Shown here one piece after another: positions 36,662-50,675 of a stretch of DNA of 64,000 bases. How positions within the stretch are numbered: the stretch's first letter is position 1; the number at the start of each line of letters is the position of its first letter. Source of the stretch: Podarcis melisellensis (Eukaryota); NCBI GenBank assembly GCA_964234715.1, contig OZ174279.1; one strand, written 5' to 3'. Made by a program: the position numbers and the translations under genes. The notes under the pieces are model-generated. The model did no database searches, was not told the DNA's origin, and worked only from the letters and a program-made list of their open reading frames with translations.

Positions 36662-37234
36662 CAACTCTCTGTAGCCTGCCCAGCTGCCTGTACTTCCTGA
36701 GTTCAAAAAGCTTCATGGGAGGAATTGCCTCATGATGTCTCCCTTTTGGTTTTAACTGAATTGCAGGAAAATGGGGTGGTGATTGCGGAGCACATGAGAT
36801 TGATGTGCTTGCCACTTTCCAAACACATTTCTTTGAAAGTTAAAAGACTTTGCTTTTTTTTTAAAAAATGACCACAGTAACCAGGCACATGGTGGGCAGC
36901 ACTCCACCACCTGCAATTACAGAAGAGGGGATGTCTTGGAGTTTTCAGGAACTGTAGGCACCCAGGGATGCTGCTGAGGTCAAGAAAGGGTACCCACAAG
37001 TTAGGTAAGTGAACAAAACTCCTGCACCCCACATATGGTAATTTCTCCCAAAATGTTTTGTCCTTTCTGGGAAATTATCATTGTGATTTCTTTTCTCAGT
37101 AATTGATGGGAAATTATTATTTTTTAAGTGCAGAATAAATGTTCAGTTCTGTACTTGTAATCAGAGGCATGCTGTCTCAAAACCTGGAGGCCGTATGTAG
37201 TCATCAAGATTAGTAACCATTTATAGGTGTAACC

Positions 37235-37376
37235 GCCAGAAGCAGCTTAGTCATGCTGGCCACATGACCTGGAAGCTGTACGCCGGCTCCCTCGGCCAAT
37301 AAAGCGAGATGAGCACCACAACCCCAGAGTTGTCCGCGACTGGATCTAATGGTCAAGGGTCCCTTTACCCTTTACC
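37235..37376 (+). mobile_element. Sauria SINE (type B), 5'-truncated
   Basis: 3' half only. 13-bp TSD TATAGGTGTAACC at 37222-37234 and 37377-37389. Confidence 0.9.
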
Positions 37377-37427
37377 TATAGGTGTAACCACCATGAATTT
37401 ATCAAATTCCCTTTTAAAGTCACCGAA

Positions 37428-37575
37428 CCAGAGAATTGTAGAGTTGGAAGGTACCCCAAGGGTTATGTTGTCCAACCCCCTGCAATGCAGGAATCACAGC
37501 TACAGAATCCCAGAGAGACAGCCATCCAACCTTTGTTTAACAGCCTCCAATGGAGGGGAGTCTACCACCACCTTC
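37428..37575 (-). mobile_element. CR1 3' end fragment
   Basis: AGAATTGTAGAGTTGGAAGG...TCCAACCCCCTGCAATGCAGGAATC, the same terminus as at 32547. Confidence 0.7.
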
Positions 37576-38574
37576 CTCATTCCTAAACTAGTGGCTATCA
37601 TCACCTCCCAGCCCTGCCACATTATAATAATGTCCTTGTCCATCCTGGAGAGTGTTTGCCTTCAATCCAGAGGTAACTAAAATTGTCTCACCACAAGGAA
37701 CAAGCTGTTGCTATCTGCTTTATCAGAAGTGCCACCTATTTAACCTGGCATTAGACATCACGCAAATGATCAAACATTGGCAACAACAAAGGAAAAGAAA
37801 CAAACATCAAACACTCTCAATTTCATTTTCTGATTTAGGCCATTCCTTCTACTCTGCCTTTATATCCATATATCCATAAAAATGTAAGGAGGGCAAACAG
37901 ACACACAAAACTTAAAACAATATATCAAAACTATCCAGTTAATTATCAAGGCTGTGTTTATTCCATATGATTTCACGAAGCTCTGCAGCTAAAACTGGTG
38001 AACAGGATAGGGACTGTCATCTGTTATCAATCCACCACCTGATCACCATATTGGACTGATCTAAAGCCAATTTTTAAATTACCTAATAGTCGAAGAAGAC
38101 AAAAATCATTTTCGATGCCAATAATAGCTCCGTCTATCAAAGTTCAAAGTTCCCAAAGTAGGGTTTGTTTTTTAACAAGCACCACTTATAACAAGATTTA
38201 TAATGAATATGCTTTTTTATCATTATGAAATCTATTGGTTGCCAAAGGATGTTAAATTTTGGAGAAAGAATATTGATTTTAATTCAAGTCAAACAAACAG
38301 ATATAATAATAATAATTTTATTATTTGTACCCTGCCCATCTGACTGGGTTGCACAGTCTTCTTTGAAAGGATGGTTTCCACGAAGCCACTGTCTTTGCAG
38401 GATCTAATGCAATTTTGGATTGGTTTTGTTTTTGTGTACTGTATGAAGTTTTATCATGTGAGCCACTCTGGATTCATCCTTGTAAGGAAAAATATGAGAT
38501 TAAGGTTATTCAACAAATCATTTACTACAAAAGTGCTAATCAAGGGAGGGAGAGAAGCAAATTAACATGCAAAG

Positions 38575-38589
38575 CAATAACAATAACAA

Positions 38590-38647
<58 letters not shown>

Positions 38648-38866
38648 TATTTATACCCCGACTATCTAGCTGGGTTTCCCCAGCCACCCTGGGCAACTCC
38701 GAACAGAATTAAAAGCACAATCAAACATCAAACATTAAAAAAAACCTTCCCTATACAGGGCTGCCTTCAGATGTCTTCTAAAAGTCAGATAGTTGTTTAT
38801 TTCCTTGACATCTGATGGGAGGGTGTTCCAGAGGACAGGCACCACTACCGAGAAGGCCCTCTGCCT
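38575..38866 (-). mobile_element. L2 3' fragment with an expanded (TTA)n tail
   Basis: Long (TAA)n at ~38575-38646, followed by the reverse L2 3' UTR (CTGCCTTCAGATGTCTTCTAAAAGTC). Confidence 0.88.
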
Positions 38867-41863
38867 TTTCATAACCATGAAATCTCACTGGTTGGTTTTA
38901 TGCAGGCTGACCGTGTTCCTAACTTTACAGAGGACAGTCCTCTATTTGAACAAAGGTTCTAGGCCTAGAAGTGGGTTTTTTGACCTGGAAACCTCATACC
39001 AGGACCAGCCCAAGACATTTTGGCACCTGAGGCAAATCACAAAGTGGCTTTCCTCACTAGGAAAGAAGGGGTGAGTGAAGAGATCCTGGTAAGGCATGCC
39101 ATCTGTGTCCTGATGGCCAGCCTCCACTGCTTCTACCTAGCTATGAAAGCTTCATGAGCCCAGTCCTCCTTTGCCAGTGATCGCCCCCTAAGATGGCCTG
39201 ATCAACCACAGGCACTTCCCAGTATTTACTACCTCATGCTGTTCAGCTGAACCACTGGTGCATAGTGCTGATTTGCTGGACTACTTCAGTGGAAAGATGT
39301 CTCACTAAAACCAATGATCCACTTAGCAAGTCCCCTTGGGCTCATGATGCATATGGGAGGAGAATCTTGGCCAATGGCTCTTGCAATTGAGTTGTGCTTT
39401 CAGAATTTAAGGGTGTAAGCAACTTCTAAGCAAAGGCAGTGTGTTTCCCCCCGGGATACGTACCAATGCTCTTTTGCACTGTGTTCATGTTATACATGTA
39501 AAGGAATGTGTTAAACACCATTTCTTCTCTGAATGTCAATCATCAGATGCTAAAATTAAGACATTGCTTGTCTTAAAATTCCATAGTAGTTTCTGCAGTC
39601 CAATCCAGCCAAGTCTGGAAGTAAGTGCCGCATAGCACTACATGCTCATTTTTAAAATATAAATACCTGTATTGTCAGGTAGATTAGTTTCTTCTTTCAG
39701 GTAACTCCATTGCTGTGTCATAGACTGTGCACAATGGAGCTCAGATGTTGATTACAATTCTAAACAAAACCTATGCCCAAACATTTCTGGAGATTTCTTA
39801 CAAATGTGTAACTAGAAAGCTGTGTTTTAGTGCACATGGGTTAGAGCTCCTGCCAATCTGAACCAAAATTTGAAATTATTTCCCAGTTCCATTAAGGAAC
39901 TGGAATATAATTTCAAATTTTGGTGAAATTTGGTATCAGGATGTTGTGCCTGGGACTCCTTTGCCTTATCAATTAACAATTGTTCTTCCCCAGTATCAAA
40001 GGGCTGTGGTCTATGGGCTGCTGTTTAGAGATGTGCATAATGTAGCTTTAAATTTCATTGAGAAACCAAACAAAACCTCTGGCCTTAAGGCTGCATGTTC
40101 AAATGCTACAGTCCCACAGTGCATTACACTAGTCAACACTTCTTTTCAAATGCCACCCGCATAACAATTAACCTCACTTCAACCTTGAGGTCTCTGATTA
40201 GTGATGGCCTATTGTTTAAGTTCCATTAACATAGCCCCTGTGTTGCCCTATTCTCACTCAAATGGACTAATCAAATCAGTCACCAAGGTCTTAAGCTCAA
40301 GGTCCAGCCTCTTTAGTGATCAGTGGCTTTCAATTTAAGGAGAATGGTTTATGTCACCAACACAGTCACAATGAGTATTGGCCTGGCATGGAAAAACATC
40401 CCTAATGATCCCCAATCTGGGAATATCAAGGGCCTCTGGAACCCACAATATGATAATTTCTCTCTCTGCATACTAGAAAAATTACAATATCAATGGAGAA
40501 GTCATTAATTCATCCAATTGCAACTAGCTTGTATCTGAAAGACAGCAGACCTTCCATTGGTTTCTGCTTTATTTCGGGATACAAATAGTCTACTGAACTA
40601 TTGAGACAGGGAAAAGAATATGTTTAGGCATCCTCCCCCCCCCCCATTTCCCCCCTCTATATTGTTCTTCATCTGTCTACAATACCATATTTCTCTGTTA
40701 AAGAAGTCAGTACTGTTTATTTTTCCAGATATTGCTAAACACAGTGTTGCTAATCTACCCAGGCGGCTATTATAATTTGGGGTGTGTACAGAAGTTGATC
40801 TCATTCGCATAAAATGATAACTCGCTATTGTGCAGCTTAGTAGGTTTTAGCGATTTGTAATTAAAAATTCTGTAAGTATTATTTTTCTGTTTCTTTTTTT
40901 AATGTCTCTTGATTTCTTTCAAGGTAATGAGTGTGTTTATTATGTAACCTACTGGGGTGCTACAGCTGGGAGCATCATGGAAAGTCAGAGCTGCTTTATA
41001 GCGTTAACACCCAGCGCAGCTTCCTAACCTATACAATCAAGTGAATTCTTGCATATGTATTGATACCGCATTATAAATGCAAATGGGAAAGAGTCACTGA
41101 TAGAAAGGAGAAGCACATTTTGATTGGATAGGCCCATGTCATGTAGATGAGCTCAAGAAATACTTCAGGTTGGACGTGAAAGAAGTTGAGAATGAAAAAT
41201 GTAGAGGCCACAAACTTAATTAAGGACTTTCTTCAGTCAGAACAGAAAAGGGGCTGAGTCCAGGAAGCAATTCATTTTAGGGGGACAGCGGCTGCCTTCT
41301 TTCACCTAAAACAAAATTGGAGGTGATTTTTACCTGTTTATTTTAGGGGTCTCACAAGAATTTCCAGAATGTCAGGAGGCTGTATGACCTAGACCTTGGG
41401 GTTACCTCATGTGAAGAGGTTGCTTGGGAGCACACAGAAAGCTCCAGTATAAGTGATGATCCCATTAAGCAGCATGGCTTACAATGCATCATGGATCCAA
41501 ACTGTTTCCCTCTGACCCCTAGGAACTAAGATGAACCCAGCTCCACTAGGAGAAAACAGGGCTGAAAGGAGTCTGCTTGGGTGTGAGAGGAAGGCATCAG
41601 GTGGATTTTGTAGGCCTGCTAAAGAACAGAAAGGAAATGTTCTGACTGTACTGTCTGTGCCTGATTTCTGCTGGAACAGCAGCTCCCCACTAGTCTTGGG
41701 CAGTTGCCAACTCATGTTTACATTGTTAACTTTGTCTTGGATCCTGATTGTCTACAGTTCTAGCACCTGTGCCTGATCCTAACCTGACCCATGACACCTC
41801 TGAGGTTGCTTTAAGCAGGAAATTCTCACTTTGGTTTCAGTCCGCTTGGACCCTGATACAGTA

Positions 41864-42094
41864 CAGTGGTACCTCAGGTTACAGACGCTTCAAGTTACTG
41901 ATGCTTCAGGTTACAGACTCTGCTCACCCTGAAGTAGTACCTCAGGTTAAGAACTTTGCTTCAGGATGAGAACAGAAATCGTGCAGCGGCGGCGGGAGGC
42001 CCTATTAGCTAAAGTGGTATCTCAGGTTAAGAACAGTTTCAGGTTAAGAATGGACCCCCAGAACGAATTAAGTTCTTAATCCGAGGTACCACTG
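41864..42094. mobile_element. Tigger/pogo-like MITE
   Basis: TA|CAGTGGTACCTCAGGTTA ... TAATCCGAGGTACCACTG|TA; opposite orientation to 35543 and 61953. Confidence 0.92.
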
Positions 42095-42833
42095 TACAAG
42101 GAACTGCTCTCAGACATATAAGATGATTGAAGTGTCTCTAAAAGTGAAAATAACTGTGCAATGTTTAATCAAAGAGTGAGCTGCTAGCCCTACAAGGCCA
42201 ATGCCTACAAGGGTAGGAGAGTGAAGGGAAAATGAAGAGGCAGGACGTTAATTTGACAAGACCAGATCAAAGTGGTGAGATGGAAGCATGCATTTATAGC
42301 TAATTGGCGCAGGATGATCATCCCTAGTTGCGCATTTAGCTGGTTGCTCTTAGTCCTCTGGCTGAAGGCAGGAGGAGCCAGAGGGGCTGTTTTGGGGCAC
42401 AAATCATGTGTGCTGGTCCCATCCATTCCATTCTGGCCATCACATGTCAAGCATGAAATTCTGAAAGGGGATTTTAAGTGCATTTAGTCAAGTGCATATA
42501 GAATCCCCCTTTGGAGCTTAATGCTCAACACAAGAAGGTCTGGGGTGGAGCAGGTGGGTTGATGCTCATGGGAATATGGTGGGTGAAGCTGATGTGTGCT
42601 TCCCCCACCATCCACTATTGTCCTTGTGTGTTGTTTTGAATAGGACAAGTATCCTTCATCTTACTTCTGGAGTTCCCCTTGTAGAGTCGAATTCTTTCTT
42701 GCAGGAAGAGGGAAAGACCCTGCAGTAGCTACTTCTTTGGTTGCTAGCTAGGCCCAGACTACTCTCCTTGACTGCTGCCTTTGTGGTCAACTGCCACCAT
42801 CACTGCATGCACACAATTTGCCTACTCTCTCAT

Positions 42834-43997
42834 AGATCTTGGGGTCATAGTGGACAGTTCATTGGAAATGCTGGTCCAGTGTGCAGCCGCTGTGAAAAAG
42901 ATAGATTCCATTTCAAGGATCATGAGGAAAGGGGCTGAAAATAAAACTGTCGGCATTTTAATGGTGTGATGCCAGTCTATGGTGCAAGCAAACTTGGGAC
43001 ATTATGTTCAATTCCGGTTACTGCAACTCGGAAAGGATGTAGAGCTGGAAGAGGTTCAGAAAAGGGCAACCCAAATGATCAAGGAGTTGGAGCAACTCCC
43101 TTATGAAGGAAGGTTGCAACATTCAGGGAAGTAAACGGTTGATATGATAGAGGTGCATACAATTACACATGGTGTACATAAAGTGGATAGAGATGAATTG
43201 TTATCCATCTCTCATAATATCAGGAATCAGGGCCAGCCAACGAAGCTGGATGTTTGAAGTTTCAGGACACACAAAAGAAGGACACTACATAGTTAAACTA
43301 CAGCATTTGATCCCACCATAGATAGTAACAGCCACCAACTCGGATGGCTTTAAAACACTAGACACATTCATGTAGGTGAGAGCTGGAACATAAAGAAGGC
43401 TGATCACCGAAGAATTGATGCTTTTGAATTATGGTGCTGGAGGAGACTCTTGAGAGTCCCATGGACTGCAAGATCAAACCTATCCATTCTGAAGGAAATC
43501 AGCCCTGAGTGCTCACTGGAAGGACAGATCCTGAAGCTGAGGCTCCAGTACTTTGGCCACCTCATGAGAAGAGAAGACTCCCTGGAAAAGACCCTGATGT
43601 TGGGAAAGATGGAGGGCACAAGGAGAAGGGGATGACAAAGGACGAGATGGTTGGACAGTGTTCTCAAAGCTACCAGCATGAGTTTGACTAAACTGTGGGA
43701 GGCAGTGGAAGACAGGAGTGCCTGGCGTGCTCTGGTCCATGGGGTCACGAAGAGTCGGACACGACTAAACGACTAAACAACAACAATGCCGTCAGTGGGC
43801 AAGCTCTACTTCCACTGCCTGGGGCAGTATGCTTTTGGATGTGAGTTGGTGGGAACCATAAGTGGAGAGAGTGCCATTCTGCTCATGTTCTGCGTGGAGA
43901 CTTTGCATAGGAACCTGGTTGGTCGCAGTGGGAAACAGGATGTTGAACTAGATAGGCCTTTGGCTGGATCCAGCAGGGCTCTTCTTATGTTCTTATG
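42834..43997 (+). mobile_element. Old CR1 LINE 3' fragment, interrupted by Bov-B
   Basis: DLGVIVDSSLEMLVQCAAAVKK and LEEVQKRATQMIKELEQLPYEGRL remnants. The 3' UTR resumes after 43786 and ends GATCCAGCAGGGCTCTTCTTATGTTCTTATG. Confidence 0.85.
43376..43786 (+). mobile_element. Bov-B LINE 3' fragment
   Basis: Near-identical to 5391-5807, with a (CAA)n tail. Confidence 0.95.
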
Positions 43998-44824
43998 CCA
44001 GTACAAATAATATTGGAAGCATTTTCAGTGGTGCAGTAAATTGGAATGGAAGTGCTTACCCAGGTGTTTAGAAGACCACTTCAACACACTGACATACAAT
44101 CCAGAGGGTTTTATTGAGTAGCCTTAAGGGGTCCCTTCTCCATATGAGGAGCACCTTTTAGCCATTTACATGTGATTTGTGTGATGGCTGCTAATGTCGG
44201 ATAGAAAGGCAAACAGAGCTGTTTTAAATTAGCTTTCATTTTAGCCGCTGCTGATGCATATAGTACAAGCCGAAGAAATGCCAAAAAAAAAAAAAGTGTG
44301 AAAAGTGCTTGAAGGCTTCCCTTTTCTAGTTTTGTCCATTTCCTTGTGCAATTCTCTCTCCAAAATATCCAGCACAGAGTAGGGGAAATGCCAAGAGGGA
44401 AAAGCGTTTCAACACTGTCACAGCACACATTTCTTCAACCAGTGCATAATTAGCTTTCTGACTGCATCTCTGCCACAGGCTTTGATCATCATTGTAAATG
44501 GAGGATTGACATGTTCGTATAGGAGAGGACTGGCAGCAGGAATTGCAGTGATAGCTAACTAGAACCTCCATGTTTAGAGGCAGTGAGCCCAAGTGTTTGA
44601 GTATGAGCAAGTGGCGTCTGTTTCCTTCATGCTCTGCCTCTGAGCTTCCAGGAACCAACTGGTTGGCTGCACTTGGGAACAAAATGTTGGCCACCAGGAA
44701 TTTATCATCATTTTTTATTTTTAAAAAAGGACAAAAGGTGCTGCAGTTTTGCATAGCATTTGCAGATGCTAATTTAGAAATAATGGGTGGTATTCAATTG
44801 TTTCTGTTTAAACTTGTCGTCATT

Positions 44825-44943
44825 GGGTGGTATTCAACTAAATTTTGCTCAGAGTAGACTTACTATAATTAACGGACCGAATTATTCATGTTTATTCATT
44901 TCAGTTGGTCTACTCTGAGCAAATCTTTTGTTGAATTCCACCC
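44825..44943. mobile_element. Short palindromic MITE-like repeat
   Basis: GGGTGGTATTCAAC...TTGCTCAGAGTAGAC / GTCTACTCTGAGCAAA...GTTGAATTCCACCC. Confidence 0.7.
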
Positions 44944-45186
44944 AGTGACTACAATTTTAACCGAAATGCAGTACATCACACCACAGATGACCAGGTGGCC
45001 TAATGTCTGCTCAGTTTGCTGTCCAGCTGCCAAATGTTGATGAGCAACTTCAAAGCCACTCCTACTCTCCCTTCTTATGGTTAGTGATCATTAAACTGGC
45101 CTTGGACCAGGTAGCTCTTCAAATAGAGGATTCCTTTAGAGGGCTTTCCTTTGTAATGTAGGACATAAGGCCACCATACCATCCAG

Positions 45187-45222
45187 AGAAGAGGAAGAGG
45201 AAGAGGAGGAAGAAGAAGAAGA
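45187..45222. repeat. (GAA/GAG)n purine repeat
   Basis: GAAGAGGAAGAGGAAGAGGAGGAAGAAGAAGAAGA. Confidence 0.85.
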
Positions 45223-46870
45223 CCGTCCAGGCTCTTATGTGATACTAATGGAGGCAGATATTTTACATACTGAAGATGCAGTGGTGTAAGCTAGTTTATT
45301 CTTTTTGTTTGAAAAAAACAGTTTGGAGTCACAGGCCCCAGCTGTGGCACCTGATCCTTAACTTCCAAGAAGAATATGGGTGATTTTTATTATTTTTATT
45401 ATTCAAGCACTTCAGGAAACTTAAGGTACAATAGGCAGGACTGAGAAAATGCTTCACATTCCCTAGCCATTGTTTTTGTGACACCACCTCAAGGCTGCGA
45501 TTCCCCACAAACACACACCATCTACCTCCTGTTGCTCTTTTGTTAGGGAGGAGACTTGTGGTATAGAGGCTGATTATTAGTTTTCTTTTCTTCTCTTCCC
45601 CCAGTCCCCTTTTTAACTAGATCATCCCCCATTTTCGTTCTTTCTTTTTAAGGAAAACAAAACAAAATAAATACCCCCTTCCAAGTCCTTGTCAGAACCC
45701 TCTTACTATCCTCATTTTCTCCCCCCTCAACAAGAAAAAGAAAGAAAGAAAGAAACCTGTTTTTAAAAAGAAATCAACAAAGGGCACAAACAACTTTTAA
45801 AATTAAGCAAGTTTAAGCTGGTTTTAACCACTTAACTTATGACTCATTTTGAAAGCTTCTCTGTCGTGTGTATGTTGAGCTCAACTTGCCTATTGTGCAA
45901 AGTGGGGTTATTTGCCTTTTTGCATGGAAATGTGGCAGCCATTTTGAATGGCAAGAACTCCATTCAGACAATAAAAAAAACCCCAAAAGACTCTGCAGGT
46001 TTTGCATCCTTTGGGGTGTTAGCAGAGAAAGAGGAGAAAGAAGTAAAATGGGAAATGACCAACTTGCTGAACATTCCTGTATTCTTCTTTTTTTAAAAAA
46101 AAAAAATCAGGTTAGAAGCTGAAGTCAAATTCCACTCTCTCTGGTCCATTCATTCACCTACAGAGAGGAAACCGTTTGCCCTGCTTTGAGAGCAGAGTGT
46201 AATTATATTTATACCCCAGAAATATGTTCTTCTTTCGGCAAATCTGTATCGCATTCATCATCTGGAATGTGTTCTCAGCGTCCGTAGTGTTGCTGCGGAC
46301 TGAGACTGCAGCTGCTACTAATCAGAACTGATCTGGCAGCGCTGGGCCTGAAGAAACTTCAGCTGGTGTAGCTGCCAGCTTTCTTATCAACACTCCTCAG
46401 AGGGACCAAATTACATCCGTTCTCTGGAGAAGCCGCTTGCTTTCAGTTCACTTCCAGCTGTAATTCAAGATGGCATTTTGATCCACAAGGTCCTTGGAGG
46501 TTTAAGTCCAGTGTAAAGTTAGCGTGCCGCTATAACAAGTCTTAACCTACCATTTAAAGATCAGCTGGGTTACATATGCTGGCTGTGCCTAGGAAGCAAT
46601 CCTATGACTCTTTTTAGTGGCTTCACAACTTATTTCTTTTTTAAAAGGCGGCTTTAGTTATCTGAAGGAGCTCCTGGTGTCTTTTTGATTATCACCTAAT
46701 AGCTAAGTAGTTGTTCATATTTATCAATTTAATAGCGCTTTCCCTTTGCAGGGTGTTTTACAATCTTTGCTTCATTCACCATCACAACAATCTGGTCACT
46801 ATTATTCCTTTTTACAGACTACATTATTGGAGGAGTGTGCGATGTGCCCATGGGAAGCCTCACGAGTGTG

Positions 46871-46902
<32 letters not shown>

Positions 46903-47209
46903 ATACCCCACCCATCTGGCTGGGTTTCCCCAGCCACTCTGGGCAGCTTCCAACAAAATATTAAAAATACAATAAAACATCAGACATTGAAAACTTCCCT
47001 AAACAGGGCTGCCTTCAGATGTCTTCTAAAAGTCAGATAGTTATTTGTTTCCTTGACATTGGATGGGAGGGCATTCCACAGGGCGGGCGCCACAACCGAG
47101 AAAGCCCTCTGCCTGGTTCCCTGTAACTTTGCTTCTTGCAGTGAGGGAACCACCAAAAGGCCCTCGGAGCTGGACCTTAGTGTCTGGGCTGAACGATAGG
47201 GGTGGAGAT
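46871..47209 (-). mobile_element. L2 3' fragment with (AATC)n tail
   Basis: (GATT)8 at 46871-46902, then the reverse L2 3' UTR/ORF2 end matching 26225-26530. Confidence 0.9.
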
Positions 47210-50200
47210 CACATTCAAATTCAGGTTTCTCATCACCAAAACTAGCTCATTATCTATTGGCTACACTTGCTATTTGTAAGGTCTTGCTAAAGCCCAAGCC
47301 ACATGTTATTTTTGGCATGGTGGAAAGGAAAATCAAGTTGCTTTTTCCACAGATGTTTTATATGTTGCATATAGTTTTTTACTGCATCCTCAGACATTGA
47401 GAACAGTTATTTTCTGCACCATACTAGAGATGTCATTATATAGTTTGTTTCCAGACTTAAAAAAAAAAAAGAATCTTGGCAGCCTGTGATACTTGTTCTC
47501 TAAGTACCATAAGTATTATTATCCCCCATATTCTTCTCAGGTTCAGATTTTAATCTGAGCCAGAGAAGCATATTCCCTTCTATCTGCCTGCCCACTTCCA
47601 ATCCTTCTATGCCCTTCATCCCAGCTGTGTACCTTCCTTGCTGTTCCAGCTGTTGTGGTGGTACGGTGGAAGAAGGCAAAAATGCTTCTTGTTTTTCCCT
47701 TCCCCTTTCTGACATCTGATATGTTGATATGGTTGTGAGCCAGGCACCATGCTAAGAGCTTCAGTGCTACTAACCACGAACCACTACAGTTTTGCTCTAG
47801 CATGAAAAATATCGGCTCTCACTATGTGACAACACATTCAAACATATTCCTAATGGAAATGGATGATTTTAACCACATCAAAAAGTAGAATGCGCCTCAC
47901 ACCTAAACGCTGGTTTCTTTTCTAGAAGAGAACAGGTATGCTGTTTCTAAGAATAGGACCTGTGAGCCAGGAAACAGAATGTTCCAGTTTAAAATTTCTC
48001 CATTGTCATGAACTCAGCAGGCAGGCCACTCTTCAGCCACCTATATGCAAAATGAGGAAAATGAGACTGATCCATTTTACAGGACAGCTCTAAGGAATAT
48101 TACACTAATCTGTGGAAGTGCTTTATACACACCAAATGCAAGGTTCATTTCTTCTGACCTAATAGTATTGACAAATGGCAATATTGCACCCTGAAAATTC
48201 ACAGGCCAAAGTGGATTCACTCGTATCTCAATGCAAATTCAAGTGACAAGTTGATGTTTCTTTCTTTTCCCCAGCAATCTCAAGTCCTGCTCATCTTCAT
48301 TGTCTTCTTCTCATAATTCACCTCAATTCATCTTACTTAAGTCTCTCAGTGAAAACTGACTCTGGGAAAGCACAGAAATGGCAAGATATAGGTTAGAGGT
48401 TGCTGCATACTAGTAACATACTGATGTCTCTTCACTCCAGTCTCATACACATATTGAACAGGAAATAAGAATAAAGTACCATGAGTGTCCTACGGTGTAT
48501 ATAGGAGCAACCTTCTCCATTTCCCACTTTGGAACCATCATCAGGCACATATAAAATATACTGACATTAGAGGGGCATATTCCCGAACAAGGGTACACAG
48601 GACTTTAGCCATAGTCACATTAGCAGAACATCATGGTAATGAATGGATAGATAGATGATAGATTATATTTCTATAGAGAAAGAGGGGTGGGGGGAGTATT
48701 GTGGTATGATAAAGGATGTGTGCACTAGAATTTCCAAAAGAGGAAAGTATAATTACTACTAACAAAGAATATTTGTTTTCATATGACATTAGCATAACAA
48801 ATGAGACTATGCATGCAACTGTTTCAGGTCCATAGCAAACATTTTCCCTCTGCCCCCATTACAAATACTCTATGACCAAAATCACCATTCCAAAAACCAC
48901 AATCCCTTTTCATTTCTTCCAGGCATTATTATTCTGCAGCTTGTGCAGATATGTGCTTATAAAAGTCTCATAATTCATATGGAATGTTGCTGGGATCATT
49001 TCTCATAACTATCCTTCCAGAAAACAGCATGCCATTTTTGCTAAAACTCTCAAAAACCCCAAAAGTTTTTTGAAAATGATGTGTTGTGTGAGTTTTACAA
49101 TGGTGCGTTTTTCTGATTGTTCCATCGGTGCAAGAATTCTGCTTGTCAGATGGAATGAACACGGCTTTCCTTCTCTCACATGTTGTTCTGGGGTTTCTCC
49201 TGACCCTCCAAGGTGTTTGGGGCAAAAAGAAGGAGAGAGAAAGCTCCATTGTGCTAGTGGGAGTCCTTGTTCTGGCTTCTGCTAGCTCACCAAGTTAGTT
49301 GAATCCAACACAGAGACACCTTTTGTATGATAAATACATACACTCATCAATGCTTCCCAGAGACTTGGAAGCAGCAGCACCCATTACATTGTGGGAGAAA
49401 CAAATCCAGATTAGCTATATGCTATATATGAAGAAACCCAGGCTGCCATCTTGCAATGTTTCGTAAGTATTGCACATTGAAGTCACAGCAACTGTCCCCC
49501 TCACCCTTTCTTGGGAGAGTCCTCTGAGTGGGAAAAAGGCAACAGACTCTGAGCACTGCTTGCTTTAGTAGTGCTAGGAAAGGAAGCAATCTGCTCTACT
49601 GCTGCCAGCCTTACTCAGCCTAGGGACCTGAGAGAGATGCCCGAGGCTCCTCATTGGCAGTTGCTAGGGAAACATTTTAGGGAATCTTTTTCATAAATTC
49701 ATAGTAATCTTCATTTCTCAAATGTCAAGGCTAATGACTCACCCTTTGATTACAAATGGGATTTGCTACTGCAGAATTGCTGGCAGCCTTCAAAGCTAAA
49801 TTGTATTTGTCGGCATTTGAAGACTTTTAGTACGCTGGATACCACTGCTCCCCTTGAGTGAGCAGAAGAAATACAGACACATGAATATTTACCTCTTCCT
49901 GCAGCCCATTTAGCTGATGTCCTTACAGTCAGTCAGACAAAGACATCAGCTGTTCCAAAAGGGAGTGGGAAATCTGACAGGAATGTCCCCCTCCTCCATT
50001 TTGTTTCCAGTCAGGAAAAGGTAAACATTATCCCTGCACATGCCACATACCCATGGTTGGGATAAACCAAGGACACAAATGTTACTAATAATTGTGACAT
50101 AAATCATTCCTAATGAAAGACTTTCATTGAAGGTGGACTGGTCCAAACATGAAACTTTAGGAACCTATTTTCCTCCCACTGTCTCTCCATGTACAAGATG

Positions 50201-50371
50201 ATTTTACCTTGTCTTCGAGTGACTGTGTGTCTGATGTTACCAAGGGCAAATTTTCTATTTGAAGGACTGTTGGAGGACAGACCTCAGTTTGAAGGAGTCC
50301 TCGCTTTGAATGGCTCTCCAAACTTGGTTTAAAGGTAAAGAACCATAAGATGGGAAATCAATATCACTTCC

Positions 50372-50675
50372 ACACCATACATTTAAAGCAAATGACTTCC
50401 CCCAAAGAAAACTCGAAAGTGAAGTTTTAAGGGTGCTGAGCACTGTGGTGGGCAAACTACTGTTCCCAGGATTCTTGGTGAGGGGTGGATATCATGTGCT
50501 TAAAATACATGGTGTGGATGTGACCTAGACATTTAAAGCACATGACTTCCCTCAAAGTATCGTGGGAGGTATAATTTGCCCTCACAGATCTACAATGCCC
50601 AACACTCTTAACAAATGACAGTTTCTAGGATTCTTTGGGAGAAACAATGAGCTTCAAATGTGTGGTGTGTGACCT
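50372..50675. mobile_element. Two adjacent degenerate palindromic MITE-like repeats
   Basis: ACATTTAAAGCA(A/C)ATGACTTCCC at ~50379 and ~50529. Each is followed by ..AGGATTCTT.. and a reverse-complementary (AT/GT)GGTGTG end. Confidence 0.45.

Noticed and set aside
38567-38815. ORF with a poly-Ile tract resembling a transmembrane helix
   Set aside because: It is a translation of a (TAA)n LINE tail.
45187-45222. Poly-Glu coding exon
   Set aside because: Simple purine repeat without a supporting ORF or splice sites.
49353-49458. Plus-strand exon candidate (CCCAG...GTAAGT)
   Set aside because: Weak acceptor, unrecognisable peptide, and no partner exons.
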